NCBI GenBank assembly: GCA_965261735.1
Contig: OZ253470.1
Location: 1,408,001 to 1,472,000 of the forward strand
Direction: 5' to 3'
DNA: 64,000 bases
Source: Alphaproteobacteria bacterium
GTDB taxonomy: Bacteria > Pseudomonadota > Alphaproteobacteria > SHVV01
Part shown: in pieces, positions 8,947-20,410 of the stretch
How positions within the stretch are numbered: the stretch's first letter is position 1
Layout of the letters: the number at the start of each line of letters is the position of its first letter
The notes under the pieces: generated by a model
What the model was told of the DNA's origin: nothing
The model's database searches: none
Seen by the model: only the letters and a program-made list of their open reading frames with translations
Program-made: the position numbers and the translations under genes

Positions 8947-9788
8947 GCGTGGGCCTCCTCGATGAGGGCCGCATCGAAGCTGCCTGAGAAACTCGTGGCC
9001 GCCGGACCAGTGAGGAGCACGTGCCCATCCTCGCGCCACGCGACCCCGAGCGTTCCGCCGTCGACGACGATCTCGGCGGCGCGCGCGAGCAGGCCGCGCT
9101 CGCTCGCCGCAACGAGCGCTGCGCAGGCCGCGGTGCCGCAGGCCCGTGTGATGCCGGCGCCGCGCTCCCACACCCTGAGGCGCAGCGAATCGGGCGCACG
9201 CACGGTGGCGACACTGACGTTGGCGCGCTCGGGGAACAGCGGGTCATGCTCGAGCGCCGGGCCGATCGCCGCGAGATCGACCGCGTCGGCATCGGCAACG
9301 AAGAACACCGCATGGGGATTGCCGACATTGACGCCGACCGCCTGGCCGAGCCCGGAGGCCGCGGCCGTCTCGAGGTCGAGATGCAGGGTGTCGCTCTCAC
9401 GGGCGAGCGGGATCTCGCGCCAGCCGAGCCGCGGCGGCCCCATGTCCACGGTGATCAAGCCGCCGCGGTCGCTCGCCTGGAGCAGCCCGGCGCGGGTCTC
9501 TATGGTGACCTCGTCGCGCCCGCTTTCCGCCATCAGGAGCTTTGCGACGCAGCGTGTACCGTTGCCGCACGCCGCGACCTCGCCGCCGTCGGCGTTGTGG
9601 ACGCGCATGAAGGCATCGGCCCGGGTCGAGACTTCGAGCGTGATCAGCTGGTCGCAGCCGATGCCGGCGCGGCGGTCGGCGATCGCCCGTGCGGCGCCGT
9701 TGCTCACGACGAAGGGTGTCGCGCGGGCGTCGACGACGACGAAGTCGTTGCCGAGCCCGTGCATCTTGACGAAGGGAACCGGGGCCAT
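8943..9788 (-). CDS. dapF: Diaminopimelate epimerase
   Basis: [35 protein letters not shown]. Confidence 0.97.
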   Translation of the reverse strand: MAPVPFVKMHGLGNDFVVVDARATPFVVSNGAARAIADRRAGIGCDQLITLEVSTRADAFMRVHNADGGEVAACGNGTRCVAKLLMAESGRDEVTIETRAGLLQASDRGGLITVDMGPPRLGWREIPLARESDTLHLDLETAAASGLGQAVGVNVGNPHAVFFVADADAVDLAAIGPALEHDPLFPERANVSVATVRAPDSLRLRVWERGAGITRACGTAACAALVAASERGLLARAAEIVVDGGTLGVAWREDGHVLLTGPAATSFSGSFDAALIEEAHA

Positions 9789-9849
9789 GGCGCGGTTATA
9801 GGGTCGCGCTCACCGCCGCGTCCACCGCTTTGACGGTGCCCCACAGCGC

Positions 9850-11307
9850 CTACAGGAGGGGCGCCAGCAGGTATACGAGCACCGTGACGATGACGATGCC
9901 CGACAGGTTGAGGACGATGCCGGCGCGGACCATCTGCCCGATGCGGACCTTACCCGAGCCGAAGACGATGGCGTTGGGCGGCGTCGCCACCGGCAGCATG
10001 AAGGCGCAACTGGCGGCGATCGCCGCCGGCGCCGCGAGTGCGAGCACCGGGTGCCCGGCGGCGCCGGCGAGTGCTGCCACGACGGGCAGGAAGGCGGCGG
10101 TGGTCGCGGTGTTGCTCGTGAGCTCGGTGAGGAACAGGATGAGGGCGGCGACGGCGGCGATCAGGGCGACGAGCGGCCACGCCCCGAACCCGGCGAGGAA
10201 GGCGCCCAACCAGTCGGCGAGGCCGCTGCGCGTGATCTGCGCGGCCAGGCTGAGGCCGCCACCGAACAGCAGGAGCACCTCCCACGGCAAGGCCCGCGCG
10301 CCGGCCCAGTCCATGAGGCGGCCGCGGCCCCGACCGGCCGGCACGACGAAGGTCGCGAGGCCGCCAGCGAGGGCGATGCCGGTGTCGGACAGGCCACCGA
10401 GCCCGGGCAGGCCGGCGAGCCACGGCCGTCCCACCCACAGCGCCGCGACGGCCACGAAGATCGCCGCCACCCGCTTCTCGGCCGGCGACATCGGGCCCAT
10501 CGCTGCGCGCTCGGCCGCGATCGCGCCTTCCCCACCGACGCCGCCCGTTGCGTCAATCGGGTAGAGGCGAACGAGCACCACCCAGGCGAGCGGCAGAAAC
10601 ACGACGACGAGCGGTACACCCAACACCATCCACTCGGCAAAACCGATTTCGACGCCGTGGCTCGCCGCCATGTAGGCGGCGAGCAGCGCGTTGGGCGGCG
10701 TGCCGATCAGGGTGCCGAGACCGCCGATGTTGGCGGCGTAGGCAACACCCAACAGCAGCGCGACGACGAAGTTGCCGCCGCTACCGACGACGCCGGCCAC
10801 CGAAAGCGCGATCGGCAGCATCATCATGGTCGTCGCGGTGTTGCTGACCCACATGCTGAGGAAGGCGGTCGCCCCCATGAAACCGGCGATGGTGGCTTCG
10901 GGGCGCGTACCGACGCGCGCGATCAGCGCGAGCGCAAGCCGCCGGTGCAGGTTCGCGCGCTGCATTGCCAGCGCAATGAGAAAGCCGCCCAAGAACAGGA
11001 AGATGAGGGGGTTGACGTAGGGCACCGCCGCCTCGTCGATGGTGGACAGGCCGAGCGTCGGGAACAGGATCAGCGGCAGCAGGGCCGTGACCGCCACCGG
11101 CAGCGCCTCGCTCGCCCACCAGCTCGCCATCAGGACCGCGACGGCCGCGGTCGCCCAGGCCTGTGCGCTCATGTTCGCGGGCTCAGGCAGGGCGAGCATC
11201 ACCGCGCACGCCGCGATCCCCACGGCGAAGCCGATGCGACGCGCGCGCGCACGCGCCGCGGCGAGCGCGGGACCCTCGGCTTGCGGTGTCCTCGATGGTT
11301 GGGCCAT
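9850..11307 (-). CDS. DASS/SLC13 sodium:dicarboxylate or sulfate symporter
   Basis: Many TM segments; SMWVSNTAT, GTPPNA, SNTAT, ATPPNAI motifs. Confidence 0.92.
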   Translation of the reverse strand: MAQPSRTPQAEGPALAAARARARRIGFAVGIAACAVMLALPEPANMSAQAWATAAVAVLMASWWASEALPVAVTALLPLILFPTLGLSTIDEAAVPYVNPLIFLFLGGFLIALAMQRANLHRRLALALIARVGTRPEATIAGFMGATAFLSMWVSNTATTMMMLPIALSVAGVVGSGGNFVVALLLGVAYAANIGGLGTLIGTPPNALLAAYMAASHGVEIGFAEWMVLGVPLVVVFLPLAWVVLVRLYPIDATGGVGGEGAIAAERAAMGPMSPAEKRVAAIFVAVAALWVGRPWLAGLPGLGGLSDTGIALAGGLATFVVPAGRGRGRLMDWAGARALPWEVLLLFGGGLSLAAQITRSGLADWLGAFLAGFGAWPLVALIAAVAALILFLTELTSNTATTAAFLPVVAALAGAAGHPVLALAAPAAIAASCAFMLPVATPPNAIVFGSGKVRIGQMVRAGIVLNLSGIVIVTVLVYLLAPLL

Positions 11308-11360
11308 GGCGGAGGTCGCCAGCCTAGCCAATGTCGCTGCATGCCGCCAATCGTGGGCGC

Positions 11361-11390
11361 TTGACGGGGTTCGCGCCGCAGCGCTAGGGT
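11361..11390 (+). promoter_or_regulatory. Possible sigma70 promoter of ffh
   Basis: TTGACG-N18-TAGGGT about 120 bp upstream of ffh. Confidence 0.35.
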
Positions 11391-11508
11391 GCGCGCGCTC
11401 TCTGGCCCATTGAGGGTTCGCCGGCTCGCGCCGGTTACCCGTCAGTCCGCGAGGATTCGCGCACTGGCGCGCTAGTGCTTTGGTAAGAGGATGTGCAAAG
11501 GGACGTGA

Positions 11509-12864
11509 ATGTTCGATAGCCTGACCGATCGCCTGGGCGGCATCTTCGAGGGGCTCAAGCGCCGTGGGTCGCTGAGCGAGGGCGATGTCGATGCGGCCCT
11601 GCGCGAGGTCCGTATCGCGCTACTCGAGGCCGACGCGGCACTCCCGGTGGTTAAGGACTTCATCGCCGAGGTGCGCGAGCGTGCCGTCGGCCAGGAGGTG
11701 CTGCGTAGCGTCACGCCGGCGCAGATGGTGGTCAAGATCGTCCACGACCACCTCGCAGCACTACTTGGGTCGGACACCGCCGAGCTCAACCTCCAGGCGA
11801 CGCCGCCGGTGCCGATCCTGATGGTCGGGCTGCAGGGCTCGGGCAAGACCACGAGCGCGGCCAAGGTCGCGCTCCGGCTCAAGACCGACGACAAGAAGAA
11901 GGTGCTGCTCGCCTCGCTCGACGTCCACCGGCCGGCGGCCCAGGAGCAGCTCCGCGTCCTCGGCGAGCAGGCCGATATCGCCACCCTGCCGATCGTCGCC
12001 GGCCAGATGCCCGTCGACATCGCGCGCCGCGCCGTGCAGGCCGGGCGCCTGCAGGGGTTCGATGTCGTGGTGCTCGATACGGCCGGGCGGCTCCACATCG
12101 ACGAAGCGTCGATGGCCGAGGCGGCGGCGGTGCGCGATGCCGTCGGCCCGGCCGAGGTCCTGCTCGTCGCCGATGCGCTCACCGGCCAGGACGCGGTACG
12201 TATCGCCGAGCGCTTCGCCACCCGCCTCGGCGTCACCGGCGTCCTGCTCACGCGCGTCGATGGTGACGCGCGCGGCGGCGCGGCGCTGAGCATGCGGGCC
12301 GTCACCGGGTGCGCGATCAAGTTCGTCGGCACCGGCGAGAAGCTCGACGCCCTCGAGGTGTTTCACCCCGAGCGGGTGGCCCAACGCATTCTCGGCATGG
12401 GCGATGTGGTCTCGCTCGTCGAGAAGGCCGCCGAGACCATCGACCACGAGGACGCGGCCAAGCTCGAGGCCAAGTTGCGCAAGGGCGCGTTCGACCTCGA
12501 GGACCTGGCGGGCCAGCTCCGACAGATGCGCAGATTGGGCGGCGCCGAGGGCCTGATGGGCCTCCTCCCCGGTGCCGGTAAGATGAAGAAGCAGCTCGCC
12601 GAGGCGCAGATCGATCCGCGCATGCTGACGCGCCAGGAGGCGATCATCCAGTCCATGACCGGTGTCGAGCGGCGCAACGCGAAGCTCCTCGGAGCCTCGC
12701 GCAAACGCCGCATCGCCGCCGGCTCGGGCACCAGCGTCCAAGACGTCAACCGGCTCCTCAAGCAGCACAAGCAGATGGCTTCGGTCATGAAGAGGGTCGG
12801 CAAGCTCGGCCCCAAGGGGCTGAGCCGCCACGGCCTTTCCGGCATCCTGCCGGGCCTTCGCTGA
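11509..12864 (+). CDS. ffh: Signal recognition particle protein Ffh
   Basis: [27 protein letters not shown] domain [11 protein letters not shown]. Confidence 0.97.
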   Translation: MFDSLTDRLGGIFEGLKRRGSLSEGDVDAALREVRIALLEADAALPVVKDFIAEVRERAVGQEVLRSVTPAQMVVKIVHDHLAALLGSDTAELNLQATPPVPILMVGLQGSGKTTSAAKVALRLKTDDKKKVLLASLDVHRPAAQEQLRVLGEQADIATLPIVAGQMPVDIARRAVQAGRLQGFDVVVLDTAGRLHIDEASMAEAAAVRDAVGPAEVLLVADALTGQDAVRIAERFATRLGVTGVLLTRVDGDARGGAALSMRAVTGCAIKFVGTGEKLDALEVFHPERVAQRILGMGDVVSLVEKAAETIDHEDAAKLEAKLRKGAFDLEDLAGQLRQMRRLGGAEGLMGLLPGAGKMKKQLAEAQIDPRMLTRQEAIIQSMTGVERRNAKLLGASRKRRIAAGSGTSVQDVNRLLKQHKQMASVMKRVGKLGPKGLSRHGLSGILPGLR

Positions 12865-12890
12865 AATCCCTCATAAGTGCGGACCCACAC

Positions 12891-13457
12891 ATGCCCTTGA
12901 AAATTCGTCTCTCCCGCGGCGGCGCCAAGAAGCGCCCCTTCTACCGCATCGTCATCGCCGACGCGCGCGCCCCCCGCGACGGCCGCTATATCGAGCGCAT
13001 CGGCACCTACAATCCGCTGTTGCCGAAGGACCACCCGACCCGCGTGACGCTGAAGCCCGAGCGCGTGAAGTACTGGCTCGACAACGGGGCGACGCCGACG
13101 GATCGCGTCGCCCGCTTCCTCGGTCACGCCGAGATCATCCCGATGCCGGCGGCGCGCAACAACCCGAACAAGGCCAAGCCGCGGCCCAAGACGGTCGAGC
13201 GCGAGAAGGCGCGCGAGGAGGCGGCGAAGGCCGCGGCCGAGGCGCCGCCTCCCGAGCCAGAGGCGGTAGAGGAGCCCGCCGCGGAGGAAGCTCAAGCGGC
13301 GCCCGAGCCAGAGCCGGAGGCTGCGCCTGAGGCGGCCGAACCCGAACCGGAGTCCGAGGCGCCGGAGCCGGAGCCGGAACCGGGCGCGGCTTCGGAGGAA
13401 GCGCCAGTGGAGGAGGCGCCAGAGGCGCCGGCACCGGATGAAGAGGCCAAGTCTTAG
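12891..13457 (+). CDS. rpsP: 30S ribosomal protein S16 with a long Pro/Glu/Ala-rich tail
   Basis: [29 protein letters not shown]. Confidence 0.97.
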   Translation: MPLKIRLSRGGAKKRPFYRIVIADARAPRDGRYIERIGTYNPLLPKDHPTRVTLKPERVKYWLDNGATPTDRVARFLGHAEIIPMPAARNNPNKAKPRPKTVEREKAREEAAKAAAEAPPPEPEAVEEPAAEEAQAAPEPEPEAAPEAAEPEPESEAPEPEPEPGAASEEAPVEEAPEAPAPDEEAKS

Positions 13458-13473
13458 GAGCCGCGACGGCGGC

Positions 13474-14040
13474 GTGAGCGAGGCGCTGGGCGCCGGGCCG
13501 GCGCCGGGCAGGAAGGCCGCGCAGGATAGCCGGGTGTGCGTCGGCGTCATCACCGGCGCCCACGGCATCCGCGGTGACGTGAAGATCACGAGCTATACGG
13601 CGCGGCCCGAAGACGTCGCCGCCTATGGCCGCCCCGAGGACGAGGCCGGCTCCCGCCGCTTCGAACTCAGCGTCAAGACGGTCGGCAAGCGTGGCGTGCG
13701 CGCCTCCATCCTCGGCATCGGCGATCGCGACAGTGCCGTCGAGCTCGCCGGCACCCGGCTCTACGTCACCCGCGCCGCCCTTCCCGAGGCGGGCGAGAAC
13801 GAGTTCTACCACGGCGATCTTATCGGCCTGCGCGTCGAGCGCGACGATGGAAGCCCACTCGGCCGGGTGGCGGGCGTGAGCGACTTCGGCGGCGGCGACA
13901 TCCTGGACGTAGCGCTCGATGCCGGCGGCGCGGTCCTGCTGCCGTTCACCCGCGAGGTCGTGCCGGTGGTCGACACCGAAGCAGGCCGCATCGTCGTGCG
14001 CCCACCGGGCGGGCTCCTCGACGAAGTCCCGGAGGGCTAG
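13474..14040 (+). CDS. rimM: Ribosome maturation factor RimM
   Basis: [24 protein letters not shown]; sits between rpsP and trmD. Start uncertain. Confidence 0.93.
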   Translation: MSEALGAGPAPGRKAAQDSRVCVGVITGAHGIRGDVKITSYTARPEDVAAYGRPEDEAGSRRFELSVKTVGKRGVRASILGIGDRDSAVELAGTRLYVTRAALPEAGENEFYHGDLIGLRVERDDGSPLGRVAGVSDFGGGDILDVALDAGGAVLLPFTREVVPVVDTEAGRIVVRPPGGLLDEVPEG

Positions 14041-14041
14041 C

Positions 14042-14800
14042 GTGTCGCGCCGGCAAGAGGCCGAGGCGGCCCCGTGGACGGTCTGGGTGCTGACCCTGTA
14101 CCCGTCGATGTTCCCCGGGCCGCTCGGCTATTCGCTGGCGGGAAAAGCGCTGGAACAGGGGCTGTGGCGGCTCGAAACAGTGGACATTCGCGACTACGCA
14201 CGCGATAAACACCGCACCGTGGACGAGGCGCCGTTCGGTGGCGGGCCAGGCATGGTAATGCGGGCCGATGTGCTCGCCGCGGCGGTCGAGGGGGCCCGTG
14301 CCGGAGCCGGCGGGAGCGCTCCCGTGCCGCTCGTGTATCTCGGGCCGCGCGGCCGGCCGCTCGATCAGGCGCGGGTGCGCGAGCTTGCCGCTGGGGCTGG
14401 TGTGATCCTCATCTGCGGGCGTTACGAGGGCGTCGACGAACGGGCGCTCGAAGAGTTGCGGGTCGAGGAAATCAGCCTCGGCGATTTCGTCCTGTCGAGC
14501 GGCGAGCCGGCCGCGCTGGCGTTGATCGATGCGGTGGTGCGGTGGCTGCCGGGCGTCATTGGCGATGCGAACGGACTGATCGACGAGAGTTTCGAGGACG
14601 GACTTCTCGAGTACCCACACTACACCCGGCCGCGGTCGTGGCACGGCCGGGAAGTACCGCCGGAGCTGCTGTCGGGACATCACGAGCGTATCCGGGAATG
14701 GCGGTTGGCGGCGGCGGAACGAATGACACAAGCGCGCAGGCCCGACCTGTGGGCACGCTACGCGGCGCGACGGAAGGCCAGGCAAGAAGGCGGGGAGTGA
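14042..14800 (+). CDS. trmD: tRNA (guanine37-N1)-methyltransferase
   Basis: [38 protein letters not shown]. Confidence 0.96.
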   Translation: MSRRQEAEAAPWTVWVLTLYPSMFPGPLGYSLAGKALEQGLWRLETVDIRDYARDKHRTVDEAPFGGGPGMVMRADVLAAAVEGARAGAGGSAPVPLVYLGPRGRPLDQARVRELAAGAGVILICGRYEGVDERALEELRVEEISLGDFVLSSGEPAALALIDAVVRWLPGVIGDANGLIDESFEDGLLEYPHYTRPRSWHGREVPPELLSGHHERIREWRLAAAERMTQARRPDLWARYAARRKARQEGGE

Positions 14801-14803
14801 GCC

Positions 14804-15190
14804 ATGAACATGATCGAGGAACTCGAGCGCGAGCAGACCGCTAGGCTCACCGAGGCGCGGCCGGTGCCGGAGTTCGCCCCCGGCGATACGTTGCGGGTCA
14901 GCGTACGCGTGGTCGAGGGAGTGCGCGAACGGGTCCAGGTGTTCGAGGGCGTGTGTATCGCGCGCAAGAACCGCGGCCTGAACTCGGCGTTCACCGTACG
15001 CAAGATCTCCTACGGCGAGGGCGTGGAGCGCATCTTTCCGCTGCACTCGCCGCAGATCGCCAAGATCGAGGTGATGCGCCGCGGCGCCGTCCGCCGGGCC
15101 AAGCTCTACTACCTGCGGGGCCTCACCGGGAAGCGCGCGCGCATCGCCGAGAAGCAGGAGCGGCGCGTCGCCGGCGAGGGCCGCAAGTAG
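14804..15190 (+). CDS. rplS: 50S ribosomal protein L19
   Basis: [24 protein letters not shown]. Confidence 0.98.
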   Translation: MNMIEELEREQTARLTEARPVPEFAPGDTLRVSVRVVEGVRERVQVFEGVCIARKNRGLNSAFTVRKISYGEGVERIFPLHSPQIAKIEVMRRGAVRRAKLYYLRGLTGKRARIAEKQERRVAGEGRK

Positions 15191-15221
15191 CGCGCCCGCG
15201 CGCGGCGATAGAGAGGGTGCC

Positions 15222-16628
15222 ATGGCCAAGCCACGCACGCTGTTCGACAAGATCTGGGACTCCCACCTGGTCGATACCCAAAAGGACGGGACCGCGCTGC
15301 TCTATATCGACCGTCACCTGGTACACGAGGTGACGAGCCCGCAGGCCTTCGAGGGACTGCGCGCCGCCGGGCGCGCCGTGCGCCGCCCCGATGCGACGCT
15401 CGCGGTCGCCGACCACAACGTGCCGACGACCGACCGCGCGCGCGGCATCGCCGATGCCGCGTCGCGGCTCCAGGTCGAAACGCTGACCGAGAACTGCACC
15501 GCCTTCGGCGTCGAGCTGTTCGCCATGGACGACGTGCGCCAAGGCATCGTCCACATCATCGGCCCCGAGCAGGGCTTCACCCTGCCCGGCACGACCATCG
15601 TCTGCGGCGACAGCCACACCGCCACCCACGGCGCCTTCGGCGCCTTCGCCATGGGCATCGGCACCTCGGAGGTCGAGCACGTGCTCGCGACCCAGACGCT
15701 GATCCTCAAGCGCCCCGCCAACATGCGCATCACGGTGGACGGCGCCCTGCCCTTCGGCGTCTCCGCCAAGGACGTGATCCTGGCCATCATCGGCGAGATC
15801 GGCATCGCCGGCGGCACCGGCCACACGATCGAGTACGCCGGCGAGGCTATCCGCGCGCTCGATATGGAGGCGCGGATGACGGTGTGCAACATGTCGATCG
15901 AAGCGGGCGCGCGGGCCGGGCTGGTGGCGCCCGACGAGAAGACCTACGCCTACCTCGAGGGGCGCCCCCGGGCGCCCCAAGGAGAGGCCTGGACTCAGGC
16001 CGTGGCGGCGTGGCGCACGCTGCCGTCGGACGAAGGTGCCGCCTACGACAAGGAGGTGCGCCTCGACGCCGCCGCGATCGCGCCACAGGTGACCTGGGGT
16101 ACGACGCCGGATGCCGTCTTGCCGATCACCGGGCGCGTGCCCGATCCGACCGAGGCCGCCGACCCGGCGCGGCGCGCGGCGCTCGAGCGCGCGCTCTCCT
16201 ACATGGGGCTGGCCGCAGGCACGCCGCTGCAGGAGATCGCGATCGACCGGGTCTTCATCGGCTCGTGCACCAACGGCCGGATCGAGGACCTGAGGGCGGC
16301 GGCCGCCGTCGTCCGCGGGCGCAAGGTGGCCGCGAGCGTCGGCGCCATGGTGGTGCCGGGATCGGGCCTGATCAAGCAGCAGGCCGAAGAGGAGGGCCTG
16401 GACCGGGTGTTCACCGAGGCCGGGTTCGAGTGGCGCGAGCCCGGATGCTCCATGTGCCTGGCCATGAATGCCGACAGGCTGGAGCCCGGCGAGCGCTGCG
16501 CCTCGACATCGAACCGCAACTTCGAGGGGCGCCAAGGCCAGGGCGGACGCACCCATCTGGTGAGCCCGACCATGGCTGCTGCCGCGGCTGTCAAGGGCCG
16601 CCTCGTCGACGTCCGCGAGCTCGGCTGA
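15222..16628 (+). CDS. leuC: 3-isopropylmalate dehydratase large subunit
   Basis: [48 protein letters not shown]. Confidence 0.98.
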   Translation: MAKPRTLFDKIWDSHLVDTQKDGTALLYIDRHLVHEVTSPQAFEGLRAAGRAVRRPDATLAVADHNVPTTDRARGIADAASRLQVETLTENCTAFGVELFAMDDVRQGIVHIIGPEQGFTLPGTTIVCGDSHTATHGAFGAFAMGIGTSEVEHVLATQTLILKRPANMRITVDGALPFGVSAKDVILAIIGEIGIAGGTGHTIEYAGEAIRALDMEARMTVCNMSIEAGARAGLVAPDEKTYAYLEGRPRAPQGEAWTQAVAAWRTLPSDEGAAYDKEVRLDAAAIAPQVTWGTTPDAVLPITGRVPDPTEAADPARRAALERALSYMGLAAGTPLQEIAIDRVFIGSCTNGRIEDLRAAAAVVRGRKVAASVGAMVVPGSGLIKQQAEEEGLDRVFTEAGFEWREPGCSMCLAMNADRLEPGERCASTSNRNFEGRQGQGGRTHLVSPTMAAAAAVKGRLVDVRELG

Positions 16629-16640
16629 GGAGAGCGCGAG

Positions 16641-17246
16641 ATGGAAAAGTTCACCGCCTTGTCGGGGATCGCCGCGCCGTTGCCGATCGTCAACCTCGAC
16701 ACCGACAAGATTATTCCCAAGCAATTCCTCAAGACGATCAAGCGCACCGGCCTCGGGCAGTTCCTGCTCCATGACCTGCGGCAAGACCCGGAAGGGCGCG
16801 AGCGCGCCGATTTCGTGCTCAACCGCGAGCCGTGGCGCGGCGCGCACCTGATGGTGGGGGGTGAGAATTTCGGCTGCGGGTCGAGCCGCGAGCATGCGCC
16901 ATGGGCGTTCCTCGACTTCGGCATCCGCTGCATCATCGCGCCGAGCTTTGCCGACATCTTCTACAACAACTGCTTCAAGAACGGCATCCTGCCGATCACG
17001 CTGGCGCAGGCCGAGGTCGACGCGCTGATGGCCGACGCCGAGCGCGGCGACGAACTCGCCGTCGATCTCGAGGCCCAGCGCATAACGCGCGCCGACGGCA
17101 GCACCATCGCGTTCGATGTCGAGCCCTTCCGCAAGCATTGCCTGCTCAACGGCCTCGACGACATCGCCCTCACGCTCGAGCGCGCCAGCGCCATCGATGC
17201 CTTCGAGGCCACCCAGAAGACGGCCCAGCCCTGGCTCTACGGCTAG
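16641..17246 (+). CDS. leuD: 3-isopropylmalate dehydratase small subunit
   Basis: [22 protein letters not shown]. Confidence 0.98.
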   Translation: MEKFTALSGIAAPLPIVNLDTDKIIPKQFLKTIKRTGLGQFLLHDLRQDPEGRERADFVLNREPWRGAHLMVGGENFGCGSSREHAPWAFLDFGIRCIIAPSFADIFYNNCFKNGILPITLAQAEVDALMADAERGDELAVDLEAQRITRADGSTIAFDVEPFRKHCLLNGLDDIALTLERASAIDAFEATQKTAQPWLYG

Positions 17247-17348
17247 CGGCGCCGACCCTAGCGTTTGCGCGGGACGTGGCCCGCACCCATTACTCCGGCC
17301 AACACATGAGCCGAGGTGAACGCGCTCGGGGCGGGTAGGAAGACGGAA

Positions 17349-18302
17349 ATGACGCGGTCCGAGGAGTCGAGCGACCGGGCGATCGCCCTGATCGGGGCGC
17401 CGACCGACGTCGGCGCCGGGGCGCGAGGCGGGTCGATGGGGCCCGAAGCGATGCGCGTCGCAGGGATCGAAGTCGCGCTCGGTCGGCTCGGCCGCCGGGT
17501 GCTCGACCTCGGCAACCTTTCGGGCCCGTCGAACCCCAACGGCGAGGGCGTGATCGAGGGCTACCGCCATCTCGAGGAGGTCACCCAATGGTGTCGGTCG
17601 GTCCGCGGTGCCGTTCAGGGGGCCTTGCGCCAGGGGCGTTTCCCGATCCTGCTCGGCGGAGACCATTCGCTCGCGATCGGCTCGGTCGCCGGCATCGCCG
17701 CGTATTGCGCCGAGCGCGAGGTGCCGCTGTCGGTCCTGTGGCTCGATGCCCACGCCGATTTCAACACGCCCGCCACCACGCTGTCGGGCAACCTCCACGG
17801 CATGCCCGTTGCGGTCCTCACCGGCGCCGGGCCGGCGCCGCTGACCACGCTCGGCCCGGCGCAGCCGATCATCGAGGCTGCGCGGATCATTCAACTCGGC
17901 GTGCGCTCGGTCGACCATGCCGAGAAGGCCCTGGTGATCGAGAGCGGGCTCGAGGTCAACGACATGCGGCTGATCGACGAGCGCGGCATGCGCAAGATCA
18001 TGGATGGCGTCCTCGGCCGCCTGGCCGGAATGGGCGGCCACGTTCACGTCAGCTTCGATGTCGATTTTCTCGATCGCTCGATCGCGCTGGGCGTTGCGAC
18101 GACGGTGGCGGGCGGGCCGACCTACCGCGAGGCCCAACTCTGCATGGAGATGATTTACGATTCCGGCCTCATGGGATCGCTCGATATCATGGAGCTCAAC
18201 CCCGCCTACGACGACGACAACCGGACCGCGCGTCTCGTGGTCGAGCTCGTCGAGAGCCTGTTCGGCGAACAGATCCTGAGCCGCCATCGCTTCACCCTCT
18301 AG
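17349..18302 (+). CDS. rocF: Arginase
   Basis: GGDHS, DAHADFN, GNLHGMP, SFDVDFLD, ELNP. Confidence 0.92.
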   Translation: MTRSEESSDRAIALIGAPTDVGAGARGGSMGPEAMRVAGIEVALGRLGRRVLDLGNLSGPSNPNGEGVIEGYRHLEEVTQWCRSVRGAVQGALRQGRFPILLGGDHSLAIGSVAGIAAYCAEREVPLSVLWLDAHADFNTPATTLSGNLHGMPVAVLTGAGPAPLTTLGPAQPIIEAARIIQLGVRSVDHAEKALVIESGLEVNDMRLIDERGMRKIMDGVLGRLAGMGGHVHVSFDVDFLDRSIALGVATTVAGGPTYREAQLCMEMIYDSGLMGSLDIMELNPAYDDDNRTARLVVELVESLFGEQILSRHRFTL

Positions 18303-18317
18303 CGCGGGAAGCACGGA

Positions 18318-19193
18318 ATGACGCAGACGCAGCGCTCGGCCGACGAACTCATCGAGATCGAATCGCGGCTCGGCGCGCACAACTATCATCCCCTCGACGT
18401 GGTCCTGGTGCGCGGCGAGGGCGTCTGGGTATGGGACCTCGACGGCAATCGCTACATGGATTGCCTGTCCGCCTACTCGGCGGTCAATCAGGGACACGGA
18501 CACCCCAAGATCCGCGCCGCCCTGATCGAGCAGGCGAGCCGCCTGCCGCTGACCTCGCGCGCCTTTCGCAACGACCAGCTGCCGTTGTTCTATGAGGAGA
18601 TCTGCGCGCTCACCCGCTCGCACAAGGTGCTGCCCATGAACAGCGGCGCCGAGGCCGTGGAGACGGCCATCCAGACCGGCCTCGGGCGTACCGGCAAGCT
18701 GTTCGCCGAGGAGCACGACGGCATCGAGGCCGACGTCACCCTGGTCGGCAAGGCGCTGTCGGGCGGCTTCTACCCGATGTCCGCGGTCCTCTCCAATACC
18801 GAGGTCCTGGGCGTTCTCAAGCCGGGCGAGCACGGCAGCACGTTCGGCGGCAACCCGCTCGCCTGCGCTGTGGCGCGGGCGGCGCTGCGAGTGCTGGTCG
18901 AGGAGGGGCTGATCGACAACGCGGCGCAGCAGGGCGCCTATTTCCCGGCCGAGCTCGCCAAGCTCCGCACCAATCAGGTACGCGACGTGCGCGGCCGCGG
19001 GCTCATGATCGCGCTCGAGTTCCGTGCCGATGTCGGCGGCGCCCGGCGCGTGAGCGAGGCGTTCAGGAGCGCGGGCCTGCTGTGCAAGGAGACGCACGAG
19101 AACACGCTGCGCTTCGCGCCACCGCTGGTGATCGAGCGCGAACAGGTGGACTGGGCGTTCGAGGTCATCGATAGGGTGCTCAGAGCGGTATGA
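18318..19193 (+). pseudogene. rocD: Ornithine aminotransferase with a large in-frame internal deletion
   Basis: [29 protein letters not shown] are present. AEAVETAI is fused directly to QTGLGRTG, so the FHGR and EPIQGE segments and the Asp before EIQTG are missing. Only 291 aa. Confidence 0.85.
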
Positions 19194-19215
19194 GCACGGC
19201 CATGCGGGGTGAAGG

Positions 19216-20328
19216 ATGACGGCCAACAAGAAGCTGCTTTTGCTGCCGGGCGACGGCATCGGGCCCGAGGTGATGGGCGAGGTCAGGCGCGTCATCGACT
19301 GGCTCGCGGCGCGCCGCGCGCTCGACTTGGAGCTCGAGGAGGGCCTCGTCGGCGGTGCCTCCTACGATGCCCACGGGACGGCGCTTACCGAGGCGACACT
19401 AGCCACGGCGATGGCCGCGGACGCGGTGCTGTTCGGCGCCGTCGGCGGGCCGCGCTGGGAGCAGCTCGACTTCGACGACCAGCCCGAGCGCGGCCTGTTG
19501 CGGCTGCGCAAGGAGATGGGGCTGTTCGCCAACCTGCGCCCGGCCATCGTGTTCGAGGCGTTGGCCGAGGCCTCGACGCTCAAGAGCGAGATCGTCGCCG
19601 GGCTCGACCTCATGATCGTGCGCGAGCTCACCGGCGGCGTCTATTTCGGTGAGCCGCGCGGCATCGAGACTTTGCCCGACGGCACCCGACGCGGCGTCAA
19701 TACCCAGGTCTACACGACGCCCGAGATCGCGCGCGTCGCGCGCGTCGCCTTCGACCTCGCGGGCAAGCGGAGCGGCCGGCTGTGCTCGGTCGACAAGGCC
19801 AACGTCATGGAGAGCGGCCTGCTGTGGCGCCAGGAGGTCGAGCGCATCCACGGTCTCGACTATCCGGACATCGAGCTGTCGCACATGTACGCGGATAACT
19901 GCGCCATGCAGCTGGTGCGCGCGCCCAAGCAGTTCGACGTCATCGTCACCGACAATTTGTTCGGCGACATCCTGTCCGACTGCGCCTCCATGCTCACCGG
20001 CTCGCTCGGCATGCTGCCCTCGGCCTCGTTGGGTGCCGCGGACGCGACCGGGCGCCGCAAGGCGCTATACGAGCCGGTGCATGGCAGCGCCCCCGACATC
20101 GCCGGCCAGGGCATCGCCAACCCGCTCGCCTGCATCCTCAGTCTAGCGATGATGCTGCGCTACTCGTTCGACCTTGACGCCGAGGCGCGCCTGATCGAAA
20201 ACTCGGTCGCCGACGTCCTCGGCCAGGGCATCCGGACCGCCGACATCATACAGGATGGCAAGGAGCGGGCCTCGACCGAGGCCATGGGCGCCGCCCTCCT
20301 CTCGGCGCTGGATGCGCGGGCCGGATAA
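19216..20328 (+). CDS. leuB: 3-isopropylmalate dehydrogenase
   Basis: [40 protein letters not shown]. Confidence 0.97.
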   Translation: MTANKKLLLLPGDGIGPEVMGEVRRVIDWLAARRALDLELEEGLVGGASYDAHGTALTEATLATAMAADAVLFGAVGGPRWEQLDFDDQPERGLLRLRKEMGLFANLRPAIVFEALAEASTLKSEIVAGLDLMIVRELTGGVYFGEPRGIETLPDGTRRGVNTQVYTTPEIARVARVAFDLAGKRSGRLCSVDKANVMESGLLWRQEVERIHGLDYPDIELSHMYADNCAMQLVRAPKQFDVIVTDNLFGDILSDCASMLTGSLGMLPSASLGAADATGRRKALYEPVHGSAPDIAGQGIANPLACILSLAMMLRYSFDLDAEARLIENSVADVLGQGIRTADIIQDGKERASTEAMGAALLSALDARAG

Positions 20329-20352
20329 TGATGCGGCCAGGCCAACTTCCCG

Positions 20353-20382
20353 TTGACGAAAGGGGTTTCAATCGCCTACTTT
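20353..20382 (+). promoter_or_regulatory. Possible sigma70 promoter upstream of the ATPase
   Basis: TTGACG-N18-TACTTT. Confidence 0.4.
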
Positions 20383-20410
20383 GACGATAGTTCGCCAAAG
20401 GAGACCGTAA

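Noticed and set aside
11400-11500. Possible structured RNA leader or SRP RNA upstream of ffh
   Set aside because: No SRP GGAA tetraloop helix is visible, and I cannot match the alphaproteobacterial ffh leader motif by eye. An Infernal search is needed.
15123-19295. 1390-aa minus-strand ORF, and similar long antisense ORFs such as 27944..30199, 59481..61586 and 8146..9801
   Set aside because: These are antisense shadows of well-supported genes in high-GC DNA, with no recognisable motifs.
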